From Candidatus Yanofskybacteria bacterium RIFCSPHIGHO2_01_FULL_41_26 (GTDB lineage: Bacteria; Patescibacteriota; Minisyncoccia; 2-02-FULL-40-12; GWA2-44-9), in contig MGJB01000015.1 of the NCBI GenBank assembly GCA_001794055.1, positions 4,264 to 68,263 on the forward strand: a DNA stretch of 64,000 nt, read 5' to 3'. Below, piece after piece: positions 1 through 9,548 of this stretch (position 1 is the first letter of the stretch; each line of letters opens with the position of its first letter). The notes under the pieces were generated by a model. It was not told the DNA's origin. It was given only the letters and a program-made list of their open reading frames with translations, and ran no database searches. The position numbers and the translations under genes were made by a program.

Positions 1-227
1 TGTCTTAACTGAAAATATCGATGCTTAACATGAAGTCTGTTTGAGCCCGGCTTTTTGGTAGCACCCCTTAATTTAGGAAATAGCTGCCAAAGACGGTTGT
101 CTCCGCCCCTAAAACCCTGTTTGATAGATGCTCCTGCTCGTCCTTTTTGGCCCTTTGTTCCGTGGCCGGAAAAAGTTCCTCTTTTTCCACCTCGTCCGAC
201 GCGTTTAGCCGACTTCCTTTTTGTATT

Positions 228-275
228 TGATTTTAATTCACTTAAGTTCATAAAGTTTGTAAAGTTATAAAGTTC
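228..275. repeat. Tandem ~9-bp repeats (TTNATAAAG x4-5) in ORF-free region downstream of rpsE
   Basis: Sequence aagttcataaagtttgtaaagttataaagttcataaagtaa read directly; no ORF in 1-300. Confidence 0.6.
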
Positions 276-302
276 ATAAAGTAATTTCTTTCTTTAAGAA
301 CT

Positions 303-908
303 TTACGAACTTATTTTACTTTTAACTCGCAATTTCCGTAAAGCGGAAATTGTGGCCATGGCAATATTAACTTTGTTGTTTGTTCTCCTCAAAAGTTTTC
401 CTGTTAATTTGGTAATACCCGAAAGCTTAGCCACAACCCTGACTGGTCCGCCAGCTTTTACTCCTCCTCTGGCCGGTTTTAACAACACAACAGCACTGTT
501 GTATTTAGCTTCAACTTGATAAGGAATTGTTCCGTCTTTAATAAGAACGGTGACTAAATTTTTCTTAGCTTGATTAAAAGCTTTCTGAACTGACTGAGCG
601 ACATCTTTTCCTTTAGCCATTCCGATTCCGACCTTGCCTTTTCCGTCTCCAATAACTATTGTCGCCCTAAAGCTAAACCTCTTTCCACCCTTTGTAACAC
701 GTGAAACTCTGGCAATATCCAAAACTTTCTGGTCATATTCAGATTTAGCCGCAAAACCACCTCGGCCGCCAGATCTCCTTCCGCGTCCTCCAAAACCTCC
801 CCGACCGTTGCCTCTTTGGCTTCCAAATCTTTTTGAAGCTTCTGCACGCGGCGCCGGTGCAATTGGTGCTACGGTTGTGTTTAAATTGTTTGATGTTTGA
901 TTTTCCAT
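303..908 (-). CDS. rpsE: 30S ribosomal protein S5
   Basis: 201 aa; Gly/Arg-rich N-term then conserved S5 core (VSRVTKGGKRFSFRA...GIGMAKGKDV); position after L18 in spc order. Confidence 0.95.
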   Translation of the reverse strand: MENQTSNNLNTTVAPIAPAPRAEASKRFGSQRGNGRGGFGGRGRRSGGRGGFAAKSEYDQKVLDIARVSRVTKGGKRFSFRATIVIGDGKGKVGIGMAKGKDVAQSVQKAFNQAKKNLVTVLIKDGTIPYQVEAKYNSAVVLLKPARGGVKAGGPVRVVAKLSGITKLTGKLLRRTNNKVNIAMATISALRKLRVKSKISS

Positions 909-916
909 ATAAGTTT

Positions 917-1276
917 CTAAATTTTAATTCCCCCCTTTTTTAATCCCTCGGCAACTGCTTTAACTCTGCCATGAAATTTAAATCCTCCTCTGTCAAATAC
1001 CGCTTCATTAATTCCCAACTCTTTTGCTTTCTCAGTAAGCATGTCCCCGATTGCACTAGCTTTGGCTGTTTTATCACCTTTCATTTTACTTTTCTTGGCT
1101 GAAACCACCTTACTATTCAATATAGTTTTTCCCGTTGAGTCATCGATAAATTGAACAAAAATATGCCTATTGCTTTTGAAAACAGAAACCCTAGGCCTTT
1201 CTTTAGTGCCTATTATCTTAGCGCGTACTCTACGATGACGCATGGCCCTATGTTGTTGTTTCGATTTGGAATTCAT
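917..1276 (-). CDS. rplR: 50S ribosomal protein L18
   Basis: 119 aa; RPRVSVFKSNRHIFVQFIDD motif typical of L18; operon position. Confidence 0.93.
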   Translation of the reverse strand: MNSKSKQQHRAMRHRRVRAKIIGTKERPRVSVFKSNRHIFVQFIDDSTGKTILNSKVVSAKKSKMKGDKTAKASAIGDMLTEKAKELGINEAVFDRGGFKFHGRVKAVAEGLKKGGIKI

Positions 1277-1331
1277 TTTTAGATTTTAGCTTTTAGGAAA
1301 TTTCCTAGAAGCTAGCAGCTAATGCCTATAC

Positions 1332-1886
1332 CTATCCGGCGGCAACCGCTTTTTTGCCGGCTTTTCTTTTGATAACTTCGCCCTGATATCTAATTCCGCT
1401 TCCTTTATAAGGTTCCGGCTTTCTCCATGACCTTATTTCTGCAGCTGTTTGGCCGACCAATTCATTGTCAATGCCCTGAATTCTGACAACATTTTTCTCA
1501 GCTTTAAAAATTATTCCTTCCGGAGCTTTAATGGTTACTGGATGCGAAAATCCCAAACCCATTTCTAAATCATTTCCTTTAACAACCGCCTTGTATCCCA
1601 CTCCTTGAAGTTCTAAAACAATTTCGAATCCTTCGGTAACTCCTTTTATCATGTTTTTAATGAGGGCACTAGCCAATCCCCAAGTTGCTCTATTCTCAAT
1701 GTTTTTGGGAATCACTTTTAAACTTTCTCCTTCAATATTTAAATCTATGTTTCCAGGAATAAATCTTTTTAATTCGCCTTTTGGTCCCTTAATTGAAATG
1801 AAATTGCCATCCATTTTTATTTGGACATCTTTTAATATGATCATCGGTTTTTTTCCAATTTTACTCATATGTTTACCAAACTTCAC
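1332..1886 (-). CDS. rplF: 50S ribosomal protein L6
   Basis: 184 aa; two-domain L6-like sequence, operon position between S8 and L18. Confidence 0.93.
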   Translation of the reverse strand: MKFGKHMSKIGKKPMIILKDVQIKMDGNFISIKGPKGELKRFIPGNIDLNIEGESLKVIPKNIENRATWGLASALIKNMIKGVTEGFEIVLELQGVGYKAVVKGNDLEMGLGFSHPVTIKAPEGIIFKAEKNVVRIQGIDNELVGQTAAEIRSWRKPEPYKGSGIRYQGEVIKRKAGKKAVAAG

Positions 1887-2277
1887 AAATTATTTCTCCT
1901 CCAAGGCCAGATTTTTTAGCTTCTTTTGAATTCATAACTCCTTTAGGTGTTGAAATTATAGCCAAGCCATATCCGGAACGGACCAGTTTAATATCTTTGG
2001 CTTTAATATACATTCGTCGTGAAGGATGACTGACAATTTTAACGCCGCTTAAGACTCCTTGATCATCACGATATTTCAGTGTGAGCTGAAGATACTCATG
2101 TTCGGCTTTTTTTGCTTTTTTATTTTTTCTTTCAACTTCAGAAACATATCCCGCTTCCTTTAAAATATTAGCAATCTTAAATTTAACCTTAGAAAAAGGC
2201 ATCGTCACTTGCTCACCTTTTACAGCTTGAGCATTCTTTATTCTTATTAACATGTCTGATATCGGATGGTTTACCAT
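1873..2277 (-). CDS. rpsH: 30S ribosomal protein S8
   Basis: 134 aa; N-term [16 protein letters not shown] is S8 signature. Confidence 0.95.
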   Translation of the reverse strand: MVNHPISDMLIRIKNAQAVKGEQVTMPFSKVKFKIANILKEAGYVSEVERKNKKAKKAEHEYLQLTLKYRDDQGVLSGVKIVSHPSRRMYIKAKDIKLVRSGYGLAIISTPKGVMNSKEAKKSGLGGEIICEVW

Positions 2278-2456
2278 GATGATTTTTTAACTCCGGGTAA
2301 GTGGCCGGCACTGGCCAATTCCCGAAAATGTATTCTGCACAAACCAAAACTCCTCATATATCCGCCTTTTCTTCCGCACATAAAACATCTTCGAACCATC
2401 CGGGTTGAATATTTAGGCTTTTTGTTTGATCTAGCAATTGTTGATTTTTTAGGCAT
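2271..2456 (-). CDS. rpsZ: 30S ribosomal protein S14 type Z (zinc-binding)
   Basis: 61 aa; CxxC...C/H pattern ([20 protein letters not shown]) of short Zn-type S14. Confidence 0.93.
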   Translation of the reverse strand: MPKKSTIARSNKKPKYSTRMVRRCFMCGRKGGYMRSFGLCRIHFRELASAGHLPGVKKSSW

Positions 2457-2459
2457 GCT

Positions 2460-2572
2460 CGGAGTGGGCTCCCATATTAGTCGCCCGCGAGGGGCCCCAT
2501 TCTCTTCTTCCCTGTCTTACTGCTAATCGAGAAGTAGAATGGGGACACGCGTCGGCGACTAATGGGAACTCT
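2460..2572. other. GC-rich imperfect extended hairpin in rplE-rpsZ intergenic spacer
   Basis: ctcccatattagtcgcc ... ggcgactaatgggaac outer arms and ccattctcttcttc ... gagaagtagaatgg inner arms are reverse complements. Confidence 0.5.
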
Positions 2573-2574
2573 AT

Positions 2575-3138
2575 TCACAACTGGAGCGAAGCTCCAGCCG
2601 GTTTTTTAATTGGTAATCCCATTTGTTTTAAAAGCTCAATTCCTTTTTCCCTATTTTTGGCCGTTGTAACCACAGTTACCTCCAGTCCGAATACGTCTTT
2701 CATGTTTTCGTAATTTATCTCCGGAAAAATGCTTGATTCTTTAATACCGAAATTCAAGTTTCCCATTTTATCAAAATTTTTGGCGTCTATCCCCCTAAAA
2801 TCTCTCGATCTTGGAAGAGCAATCGCAATCAATCTGTCCAAAAAATCATACATCCTCTTGCCTCTAAGCGTCACTGCAATTCCAACATTGACTCCTTCTC
2901 GCAACTTGAAACCGGAAATTGATTTCTTGGCTTTTTTGAAAACCGGCTTTTGTCCGACAATAAGCGTCAACTCTTTTGCTATTCTTTCAGCTGTTTTTTC
3001 GTCTTTGCCAAGTCTTCCAATACCGGTATTTACAACGACTTTCTCTATCTTTGGAATTGCCATTACATTCTTAATTCCAAAAGCTTTCTGCATGGCAGGA
3101 ATAACTGTTTTTCTATATTTTTCTTGTAATCTTGGCAT
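2575..3138 (-). CDS. rplE: 50S ribosomal protein L5
   Basis: 187 aa; L5-like (MPRLQEKY..., NYENMKDVFGLEV), operon position. Confidence 0.95.
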   Translation of the reverse strand: MPRLQEKYRKTVIPAMQKAFGIKNVMAIPKIEKVVVNTGIGRLGKDEKTAERIAKELTLIVGQKPVFKKAKKSISGFKLREGVNVGIAVTLRGKRMYDFLDRLIAIALPRSRDFRGIDAKNFDKMGNLNFGIKESSIFPEINYENMKDVFGLEVTVVTTAKNREKGIELLKQMGLPIKKPAGASLQL

Positions 3139-3152
3139 ATAATTACGAGGTA

Positions 3153-3461
3153 TTATTGTACCTCATTTTTACACTTTTTACAAATTCTTACCTTGTTCTC
3201 TCCTTCGAATTTATATCCAATCCTGGTCATTTTTCCGCAGGATTTGCAGACCAAGGCTACGCTCGATGCGCTTACTGCTCTCTCTTTGCTTATAATCTGA
3301 CCCTTCTGACCCTGCTTTTTGGCTCTAACATTCTTTTTTATCAAATTCAAACCTTCGACAACAACTCTATCGATGCTTGGTATAACCATGGAAATCTTTC
3401 CCGTCTTTCCTCGGTCTTTTCCATTCAGCATTATTACATTGTCTCCTTTTCGTAATTTCAT
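3153..3461 (-). CDS. rplX: 50S ribosomal protein L24 with C-terminal zinc-ribbon extension
   Basis: 102 aa; KOW N-term (KGDNVIMLNGKDRGKTGKI) plus C-term CKSCGK...CKKCK four-Cys motif. Confidence 0.92.
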   Translation of the reverse strand: MKLRKGDNVIMLNGKDRGKTGKISMVIPSIDRVVVEGLNLIKKNVRAKKQGQKGQIISKERAVSASSVALVCKSCGKMTRIGYKFEGENKVRICKKCKNEVQ

Positions 3462-3469
3462 AAAGTTGT

Positions 3470-3835
3470 TTATACTAATTCTTCGGCTAGTGACGCTATC
3501 GTGCCATATCCTCTTTCTTTAATTTCTCTTGGTATCGGCCCAAAAATTCTTCCACCCTTTGGCTCTTTTCCGTCTAAAATAACGACCGCATTATCATCAA
3601 ACCTGATATAAGTACCGTCTTTTCTTCGGAATGGTTTTCTTTGTCTGACCACGACTGCCCTTAAAACTTCTTTCTTTTTGACTAGCTTCCTTGGCTCGGC
3701 CACTTTCACCGACACAACGACAATATCTCCAAGTTGGGCATATCGATGTCTTGATCCACCAAGAACCTTAAAGACCCCAACCTTCTTGGCTCCTGAATTA
3801 TCCGCGACATTTACAATTGATCTAAGCTGTAACAT
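3470..3835 (-). CDS. rplN: 50S ribosomal protein L14
   Basis: 121 aa; MLQLRSIVNVADNSGAKK is L14 N-terminus. Confidence 0.96.
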   Translation of the reverse strand: MLQLRSIVNVADNSGAKKVGVFKVLGGSRHRYAQLGDIVVVSVKVAEPRKLVKKKEVLRAVVVRQRKPFRRKDGTYIRFDDNAVVILDGKEPKGGRIFGPIPREIKERGYGTIASLAEELV

Positions 3836-3841
3836 AAAAAA

Positions 3842-4117
3842 TTAATTAGATTTCTCTTTAGAATCTGATGCCACTTTTCCGGTAACAATCCATCTTTTTT
3901 CTTTGGATATTGGTCTGATTTCTTTGATTAAAACACGATCTCCGGTGCGATATTCATTCTCCTCGTCATGAGCTTTATATTTTGCTGAAATCTTAAAATA
4001 TTTTTTATATTTTGGATGTTTTTTCAAATTTGAAACCTTAACTACCACAGTTTTATTCATCTTGTCCGACGTAATTATCCCTTTAAGAACTCTGGTTTTT
4101 TTATTTTGTGTTTCCAT
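3842..4117 (-). CDS. rpsQ: 30S ribosomal protein S17
   Basis: 91 aa; S17-like OB-fold sequence, operon position. Confidence 0.92.
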   Translation of the reverse strand: METQNKKTRVLKGIITSDKMNKTVVVKVSNLKKHPKYKKYFKISAKYKAHDEENEYRTGDRVLIKEIRPISKEKRWIVTGKVASDSKEKSN

Positions 4118-4134
4118 ATTTAGAAATTAAAAAT

Positions 4135-4320
4135 TTAGGATTTTGACTTTAAAAAAGTCAAAATCCTTGCTATTTCTTTTTTGGTTTTTTTAATCTGACT
4201 ATAATCTTTCAATCTTTTTTCGCCAAGTTCAAAGTTAAATTGCAAAAGCTTCGCTTTCAAATCTTTCAGTATCATGCTCATTTCTTCTACCGTCTTGTTT
4301 TGTAAATCAATGTTTTTCAT
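4135..4320 (-). CDS. rpmC: 50S ribosomal protein L29
   Basis: 61 aa helical, operon position between L16 and S17. Confidence 0.88.
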   Translation of the reverse strand: MKNIDLQNKTVEEMSMILKDLKAKLLQFNFELGEKRLKDYSQIKKTKKEIARILTFLKSKS

Positions 4321-4321
4321 A

Positions 4322-4729
4322 TTACCGTTTTACAATTCTTGTTTTGATTGCAAGTTTATGCGAGCCAAGCGTTAAAGCTTTTTTAGCCTGATCTTCGGGC
4401 AATCCGTCTATTTCAAAAATTATCTTTCCGGCCTCAACCACCGCCACGAAATGGTCCAAGGTTCCAGCTCCGCCGCCCATACCAAGCTCTCCGCCATGAT
4501 TAGTACGAGGCTTATCTGGAAATACGCGCATCCAAATTTTGCCGCCTCTTTGAACAAATCTCGTCATAACACGCCTAGCCGATTCCAGTTGGTTAGCTTT
4601 TATCCAACTTGATTCTTCGGCTTTCAAGCCAAAATTACCAAAACTTAAATACGTGCCTCGGGTTGCTTTGGCTTTTAATCTTCCTTTGTGAACTTTGGGA
4701 TGTTTTACTCGTGCTGGTTGCATGATCAA
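4322..4729 (-). CDS. rplP: 50S ribosomal protein L16
   Basis: 135 aa; L16/L10e sequence (KGRLKAKATRG...GGKIWMRVFPDKP). Confidence 0.95.
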   Translation of the reverse strand: MIMQPARVKHPKVHKGRLKAKATRGTYLSFGNFGLKAEESSWIKANQLESARRVMTRFVQRGGKIWMRVFPDKPRTNHGGELGMGGGAGTLDHFVAVVEAGKIIFEIDGLPEDQAKKALTLGSHKLAIKTRIVKR

Positions 4730-4756
4730 AATTTCGAAATATCGATATATCGAAAA

Positions 4757-5389
4757 TTAAAATTTTTCTCCTTTATATATCCAAACTTTTACTCCTACTG
4801 TTCCGTATGTAGTGTGAGCAGTAGCTTTCGCATAATCAATATCTGCTCTCAATGTTTGTAGCGGTAAATTTCCTTCTTCTAAATGTTCCGATCGGGCTAT
4901 TTCGGCTCCATCTAAGCGTCCGCCGAGTAAAATCTTAGCGCCCTTAACCTGTTTGGAAGCTATAATTTTAGCCAAAGTCTGTTTCATTACCCTTCTGAAA
5001 GGAATCCTTTTTTCTATCTGGTCAACTATGGATTCGGCCATTATCATGGCGGATGCTTCCGGGTTTTTTACCTCTTGGATCTCAATCCTGATAGAAACTT
5101 TGTTTTTAAGAAGTTTCTGAATGGCATTTTTTAACTCCTCAACTCCGGTGCCTCCCCGCCCTATCAACAATCCTGGTCTGGCGGTAAAAATAATCACATT
5201 CAAGGCATCAGTGCCTCGCTCCAGTTCAACCCTATCTACACTAGTGCTCTTCAATTTTTTATTTAAAAAACCCCTGACAGCAACATCATCTTTCAGATAG
5301 GGCACGTATTTGCGTCCGCCAAACCAATGGGACGCCCAGTCCTTTTGAATTCCCGTCCTGAATGATATCGGTGATATTTTTTGTCCCAT
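4757..5389 (-). CDS. rpsC: 30S ribosomal protein S3
   Basis: 210 aa; KH domain N-term, GQKISPISFR start typical of S3. Confidence 0.95.
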   Translation of the reverse strand: MGQKISPISFRTGIQKDWASHWFGGRKYVPYLKDDVAVRGFLNKKLKSTSVDRVELERGTDALNVIIFTARPGLLIGRGGTGVEELKNAIQKLLKNKVSIRIEIQEVKNPEASAMIMAESIVDQIEKRIPFRRVMKQTLAKIIASKQVKGAKILLGGRLDGAEIARSEHLEEGNLPLQTLRADIDYAKATAHTTYGTVGVKVWIYKGEKF

Positions 5390-5390
5390 A

Positions 5391-5897
5391 TTAAATAACC
5401 TTTCTTCTAAATAATCTTTTTCCGAGATTGTTCAGAGTATTACCTTTCTTTCCTAATTCAGTTTCAACTTCTGGTTTCTTTACCCGAGGTTCAACCTCGG
5501 AACTTCTTTGAGGTTGAACCTCCTTATTCTTCTTCTCCGAAGCTTTTCTCTTTAATCCAATAACCCTTTCACCTAAAACAAGGCGGACCCTGCTTGTTTT
5601 CTTTTGAATTTCTCCAGCTCTTCCTTGAGCTTTAGGCATATATCTTTTTAATTTAATTCCTTCATCAACAATAAACGTCTTGATGTAAAGATTGTCTTTA
5701 ATCATACTAAAGTTATTTTCCGCATTAGCAATAGCAGAATTCAATAATTTTATTAGTGGCAAAACCGGTCTCTTCATCAAAAATTCCATCTGATTCAGAA
5801 CATAAACGACATCCTTGCCTTTAAGCAAATTGGTAACAGCCCGGACTTTTCTCGGTGATATTCTCAATCCGTTCAATTGTGCCTTAACTTCTGCCAT
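5391..5897 (-). CDS. rplV: 50S ribosomal protein L22 with ~50 aa basic C-terminal extension
   Basis: 168 aa; L22 core followed by K/E-rich tail. Confidence 0.9.
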   Translation of the reverse strand: MAEVKAQLNGLRISPRKVRAVTNLLKGKDVVYVLNQMEFLMKRPVLPLIKLLNSAIANAENNFSMIKDNLYIKTFIVDEGIKLKRYMPKAQGRAGEIQKKTSRVRLVLGERVIGLKRKASEKKNKEVQPQRSSEVEPRVKKPEVETELGKKGNTLNNLGKRLFRRKVI

Positions 5898-5906
5898 ATT
5901 TGGATA

Positions 5907-6257
5907 TTATTTTGGTTTAACGGCTTCTGTGGCCGGCGCTTTCGCTGCCTGAGCAGCATCAATTTCTTTCTGCTTCTGGGCGGCCTCTAGCTCTCTCTGC
6001 ATTCTTCCTCCATGTCTTACAAATTTTCTAGTCAGAGAAAACTCGCCCAGTTTATGTCCAACCATGTCTTCCGATACAAAAACAGGAACATGAACTCTGC
6101 CATTATGGACGCCAAAAGTAAATCCTATCATTTCCGGAATAATTGTGCAGTCTCTGGCCCATGTTTTAATAATCGTCTTATCGCCCAATCTTAACTTGCT
6201 TACCTTTTTCAGTAATTTTTCATCTACATATGGCCCTTTTTTAAGACTTCTGCTCAT
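5907..6257 (-). CDS. rpsS: 30S ribosomal protein S19
   Basis: True start taken at internal [10 protein letters not shown] (ATG at 6255-6257 immediately after L2 stop); ORF track start at 6404 overlaps rplB. Confidence 0.9.
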   Translation of the reverse strand: MSRSLKKGPYVDEKLLKKVSKLRLGDKTIIKTWARDCTIIPEMIGFTFGVHNGRVHVPVFVSEDMVGHKLGEFSLTRKFVRHGGRMQRELEAAQKQKEIDAAQAAKAPATEAVKPK

Positions 6258-6258
6258 A

Positions 6259-7083
6259 TTATTTAATTCTTCTCTTAATAAATTTACTTGATTTTTTATT
6301 TTTGTTTCTAGTTTTTCTTCCACCGGTAATTTTTCCGTATGCAGTCTTTGGTCGCCTCGTTCCTCGGCCCTGTCTGCCTTCTCCGCCCCCATATGGATGA
6401 TCAACCGGATTCATAGCCGTACCTCTTACTTTAGGCCTTCTACCAAGCCATCGAGATTTGCCGGCTTTGCCCAAAACTATCGTGTCGTGTTCAGAATTAG
6501 AAACCTGACCTATTGAAGCATAAGAGTCGCCTAAAATCATCCTCGTTTCCGATGAAGGCATTACCAGCTGAACAAAACCCCCTTCGCTTGCCAGAACCAT
6601 GGCACCAGAACCTGCCGATCTAACAATCCTTCCGCCCTGTCCGGGAAATAATTCCACGTTATGAACCATAGAACCCTGGGGAATATTCTTTAGTTTCATT
6701 CTGTTGCCAGGCCTTATCGGTGCCTCAACTGCAGTAATTACCGTATCTCCAACCCTTAATTCCTGTGGAGCCAATATATATCTTTTTTCTCCATCGGCAA
6801 AATTAATCCTGGCGATTCTTGACGTTCGATTCGGATCGTATTCCAAAGCCGCAACTTTTCCCGGGACATTCAATTTGTCTGTTTGTTTGAAATCTACATC
6901 TCTGTACAACCTCTTGGCGCCTCCGCCTTTTCGAGGACCGGTAACTCTTCCTCTGTTGTTTCTGCCATATGATTTAGTAAATCCCCATTTGTGCGACTTT
7001 AAAGGTTCAATCTTGGTTAATTGGGAAAAATCATATCCTTTCATTCCTCTTCTGGAAGGTGTTGTTGGTTTATATATTTTCAT
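6259..7083 (-). CDS. rplB: 50S ribosomal protein L2
   Basis: 274 aa; L2 signature regions ([30 protein letters not shown]). Confidence 0.96.
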   Translation of the reverse strand: MKIYKPTTPSRRGMKGYDFSQLTKIEPLKSHKWGFTKSYGRNNRGRVTGPRKGGGAKRLYRDVDFKQTDKLNVPGKVAALEYDPNRTSRIARINFADGEKRYILAPQELRVGDTVITAVEAPIRPGNRMKLKNIPQGSMVHNVELFPGQGGRIVRSAGSGAMVLASEGGFVQLVMPSSETRMILGDSYASIGQVSNSEHDTIVLGKAGKSRWLGRRPKVRGTAMNPVDHPYGGGEGRQGRGTRRPKTAYGKITGGRKTRNKNKKSSKFIKRRIK

Positions 7084-7087
7084 GATT

Positions 7088-7522
7088 TTATGGTTTCGCC
7101 TGTTCTATTGTCTGGCCTTTTTCTAAGCCTACGATTGCTTTTTTAAATTCCGATCTGAATCCGGGATGACGACCAAGGTCTCTTCTTTTTCTAGGCATAT
7201 TTAAAACTTTAACGCCCTTAACTTTAACATTAAATAGTTTCTCAACTTGTTTTCTTATCTGGCTCTTGTTAGAATTTCTGAAAACCTTAAAAACATATTG
7301 ATTAAACCCATTCAACAAAGAAGCTTTTTCGCTAACATAAAAATTCTTTAAAACCCTGTAAGCTTCAGCATTTCCCATAACCGGCAAAACGGGCACTGAC
7401 TCCTTAATTTCTTCTTTAATAACAACCTCTTCTTTTTTTGCAGGTTTTGTTTTTTTGGCTTGATTTTCCTGCTCTCGACTAGGCTCGCTTTTGGCGGCTT
7501 TTTTGAAAGGATTTAATAACAT
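7088..7522 (-). CDS. rplW: 50S ribosomal protein L23 (possible K/E-rich N-terminal extension or later start at MGNAEAYRVL)
   Basis: C-terminal 95 aa match L23; N-terminal 48 aa low-complexity Lys-rich. Confidence 0.88.
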   Translation of the reverse strand: MLLNPFKKAAKSEPSREQENQAKKTKPAKKEEVVIKEEIKESVPVLPVMGNAEAYRVLKNFYVSEKASLLNGFNQYVFKVFRNSNKSQIRKQVEKLFNVKVKGVKVLNMPRKRRDLGRHPGFRSEFKKAIVGLEKGQTIEQAKP

Positions 7523-7523
7523 A

Positions 7524-8183
7524 TTATTTATTGAATGTTTTATTCAAAGAATCTAAAGAATCTTTAACTAAAACTAGGTATTTATAGGAAAGAATTTCCA
7601 AAGGATTCAAATTTCTGGCTTCTACGGCTGAAAAGTTGGGTAAGTTTTTTGACGATCTTTTTATCTTATCTTCCATTGACGGAACTACAAGCAATACAGT
7701 CGATTTTTTACCTGTCTGACCGGCAGGCAGGCCCATAAGACTTGAAAAATTTTTAAATATTCCTGCCATTTCTTTTGTCTTTGCATTTTCCAAACTGACA
7801 TTGTCCAAGACAAAGAGTTGGTTGTCTCTGGCTTTTGAAGACAAAGTCATAAACAATGCCTTTCGCGCCATCTTTTTGTTAATTTTTTTCTTAAAATTTC
7901 TTTCTTTGGTCGGCCCAAAAGTTGCTCCTCCACCTTTCCATATCGGTGAACGAATGGAAGCATGTCTAGCTCGGCCGGTACCTTTTTGTTTCCAGGGCTT
8001 TTTACCTCCACCCCTAACCTCACCTCGGCCCTTAGCATGAGCAATAACCTGTCTCTTGTTGGACATTTGAGACGTTACAATCTGATGGACTAAGTCTTTG
8101 TTCATTTCTAAATTAAAAATCCTATCAGGCAAGTCAACCTTTCCAATGTTTTCAGCTTTTTGGTTGTATAAGATTGCTTCCAT
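7524..8183 (-). CDS. rplD: 50S ribosomal protein L4
   Basis: 219 aa; L4-like (GGGKKPWKQKGTGRAR), operon position. Confidence 0.94.
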   Translation of the reverse strand: MEAILYNQKAENIGKVDLPDRIFNLEMNKDLVHQIVTSQMSNKRQVIAHAKGRGEVRGGGKKPWKQKGTGRARHASIRSPIWKGGGATFGPTKERNFKKKINKKMARKALFMTLSSKARDNQLFVLDNVSLENAKTKEMAGIFKNFSSLMGLPAGQTGKKSTVLLVVPSMEDKIKRSSKNLPNFSAVEARNLNPLEILSYKYLVLVKDSLDSLNKTFNK

Positions 8184-8185
8184 TT

Positions 8186-8818
8186 TTATTGTGATTGAAT
8201 TATTAATAATTGTCCTCTGTTTCCGGGAACCGCACCCTTAACCGCAAGCAATCCGTTTTTAGCATCAACTCTCACGATTTGTAATCCTCTTGTTGTTACT
8301 TTATCAGAACCCATTCGTCCGGCCATTCTCATTCCTTTCAATGTATGCTGGGGGAATCTTTGGCCGATTGATCCTCCGTGTCTTGCAACATGATGATGTC
8401 CGTGACTGTGAGGCATACCTGAAAAACCATGTCTTTTCATAACCCCCTGAAAACCTTTTCCTTTTGACATGCCCGTAATTTTAACTTTGTCTCCGATAGC
8501 AAAAATAGAAACATCAAGCTTGTCTCCCACCTTCGCTGAAACAGCTTCGGCGGGCAATCCAACTTTTCCGCCAATTCTGAATTCTTTCAGATGCTGGAAA
8601 TTGCCGAGATTTCTAAAGTGTCCTCTTTGGGGTTTATTTATATTTTTAATTTTCTTGGTTCCCGTTCCCACTTGAACCGCTTCGTAGCCGTCTTTATCTT
8701 TAGTTCTAACTTGAGTCACAACATTCGATTCAATTTCCACAACTGTAACCGGGACGACTTTTCCGTCTTCCTCAAAAACCTGCGTCATTCCCAATTTTTT
8801 ACCTAATATGAATTTCAT
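8186..8818 (-). CDS. rplC: 50S ribosomal protein L3
   Basis: 210 aa; L3 motifs (GMTQVFEEDGKVVPVTVVE, KGKGFQGVMKRHGF). Confidence 0.95.
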   Translation of the reverse strand: MKFILGKKLGMTQVFEEDGKVVPVTVVEIESNVVTQVRTKDKDGYEAVQVGTGTKKIKNINKPQRGHFRNLGNFQHLKEFRIGGKVGLPAEAVSAKVGDKLDVSIFAIGDKVKITGMSKGKGFQGVMKRHGFSGMPHSHGHHHVARHGGSIGQRFPQHTLKGMRMAGRMGSDKVTTRGLQIVRVDAKNGLLAVKGAVPGNRGQLLIIQSQ

Positions 8819-8869
8819 GATTGGTTAGCAAAGCGTTTGTCATTGAAAACATATCAGTCCTTAGACACG

Positions 8870-8960
8870 TAGAATTTCCCAGCGAGAAATTCTACTCGGC
8901 TTCGGCTCGCTCATCCCTCACTGCGTTCGGGATACCTTGCCCGCTCGCCTGCAGATGGTC
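8870..8960 (-). repeat. Family-A GC-rich two-hairpin repeat (copy 1, inverted orientation)
   Basis: Reverse complement reads gaccatctgcaggcgagcgggcaagg-[hairpin atccc/gggat]-gagcgagccgaagccgag-[hairpin tagaatttc/gaaattcta]; same architecture at 14087 and 33990. Confidence 0.75.
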
Positions 8961-9176
8961 TATAGACTGACATGTTTTCAATTCCATAAATTTCCAACAA
9001 TAAAACCCAGATTTAGCTGGGGCTCATGTGTCCTGCTAAATTTATTTAACTTATTCGATTGTGATTTTTCTTAAAACCACTTATTTCAATTAAGGTTTTA
9101 ACACGGCAAGTGAATTTTTACAAACCGGTCCCTTCGACAAGCTCAGGGTTAACCGGATAAATTCTACTGTCTATAT

Positions 9177-9256
9177 TACCACCGCTTTTAGCGGGGCCCC
9201 GCCCAAGGCGGTGGCTACCTTATTCCTCTCCACTGTTTCCAATGAAGAGAGTAAAG
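9177..9256. repeat. Family-B structured element (two short hairpins + truncated long hairpin), copy A
   Basis: accaccgcttttagcggggccccgcccaaggcggtggctaccttattcctctc...; paralogous to 9797-9896. Confidence 0.7.
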
Positions 9257-9268
9257 AAATAATTTTGA

Positions 9269-9472
9269 TTAAAGTACTTCCAGGAAACTCCTTGCTTCTT
9301 TTAAAATCGCTTGTGCTTTTTTTAACTTTTCTATTCCGCCTTCTTGAATTGGCTCCGTTCCCTTTGTAGCTCTTTGCAACGATTGCTCAACAACTTTAAC
9401 ATCTTCTCTTATCTGAGCGACTATGTTTTCTCCTAAATATTCTTCTCTTTCAATTTTTGGTTCTTGTTCCAT
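9269..9472 (-). CDS. Hypothetical small charged helical protein (67 aa)
   Basis: ORF only; E/K-rich, no recognised domain. Confidence 0.4.
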   Translation of the reverse strand: MEQEPKIEREEYLGENIVAQIREDVKVVEQSLQRATKGTEPIQEGGIEKLKKAQAILKEARSFLEVL

Positions 9473-9548
9473 AGTTTTTTATTTAATGTATTAACACTTT
9501 ATTTCTTTCCACCTAAATAATAAAAAGAAAGCAATAATGTTCTAATCC

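Noticed and set aside
55-270. 71-aa plus-strand ORF at window start
   Set aside because: Pro-rich composition, and its end is made of tandem 9-bp repeats. No support as a gene.
634-900. Plus-strand ORFs antisense to ribosomal protein genes (e.g. 634..900, 1651..1929, 2729..3142, 6704..7126, 7801..8040, 10504..10908)
   Set aside because: They lie entirely inside well-supported minus-strand ribosomal protein genes. Their translations are Pro/Ser/Leu-rich low-complexity typical of antisense frames.
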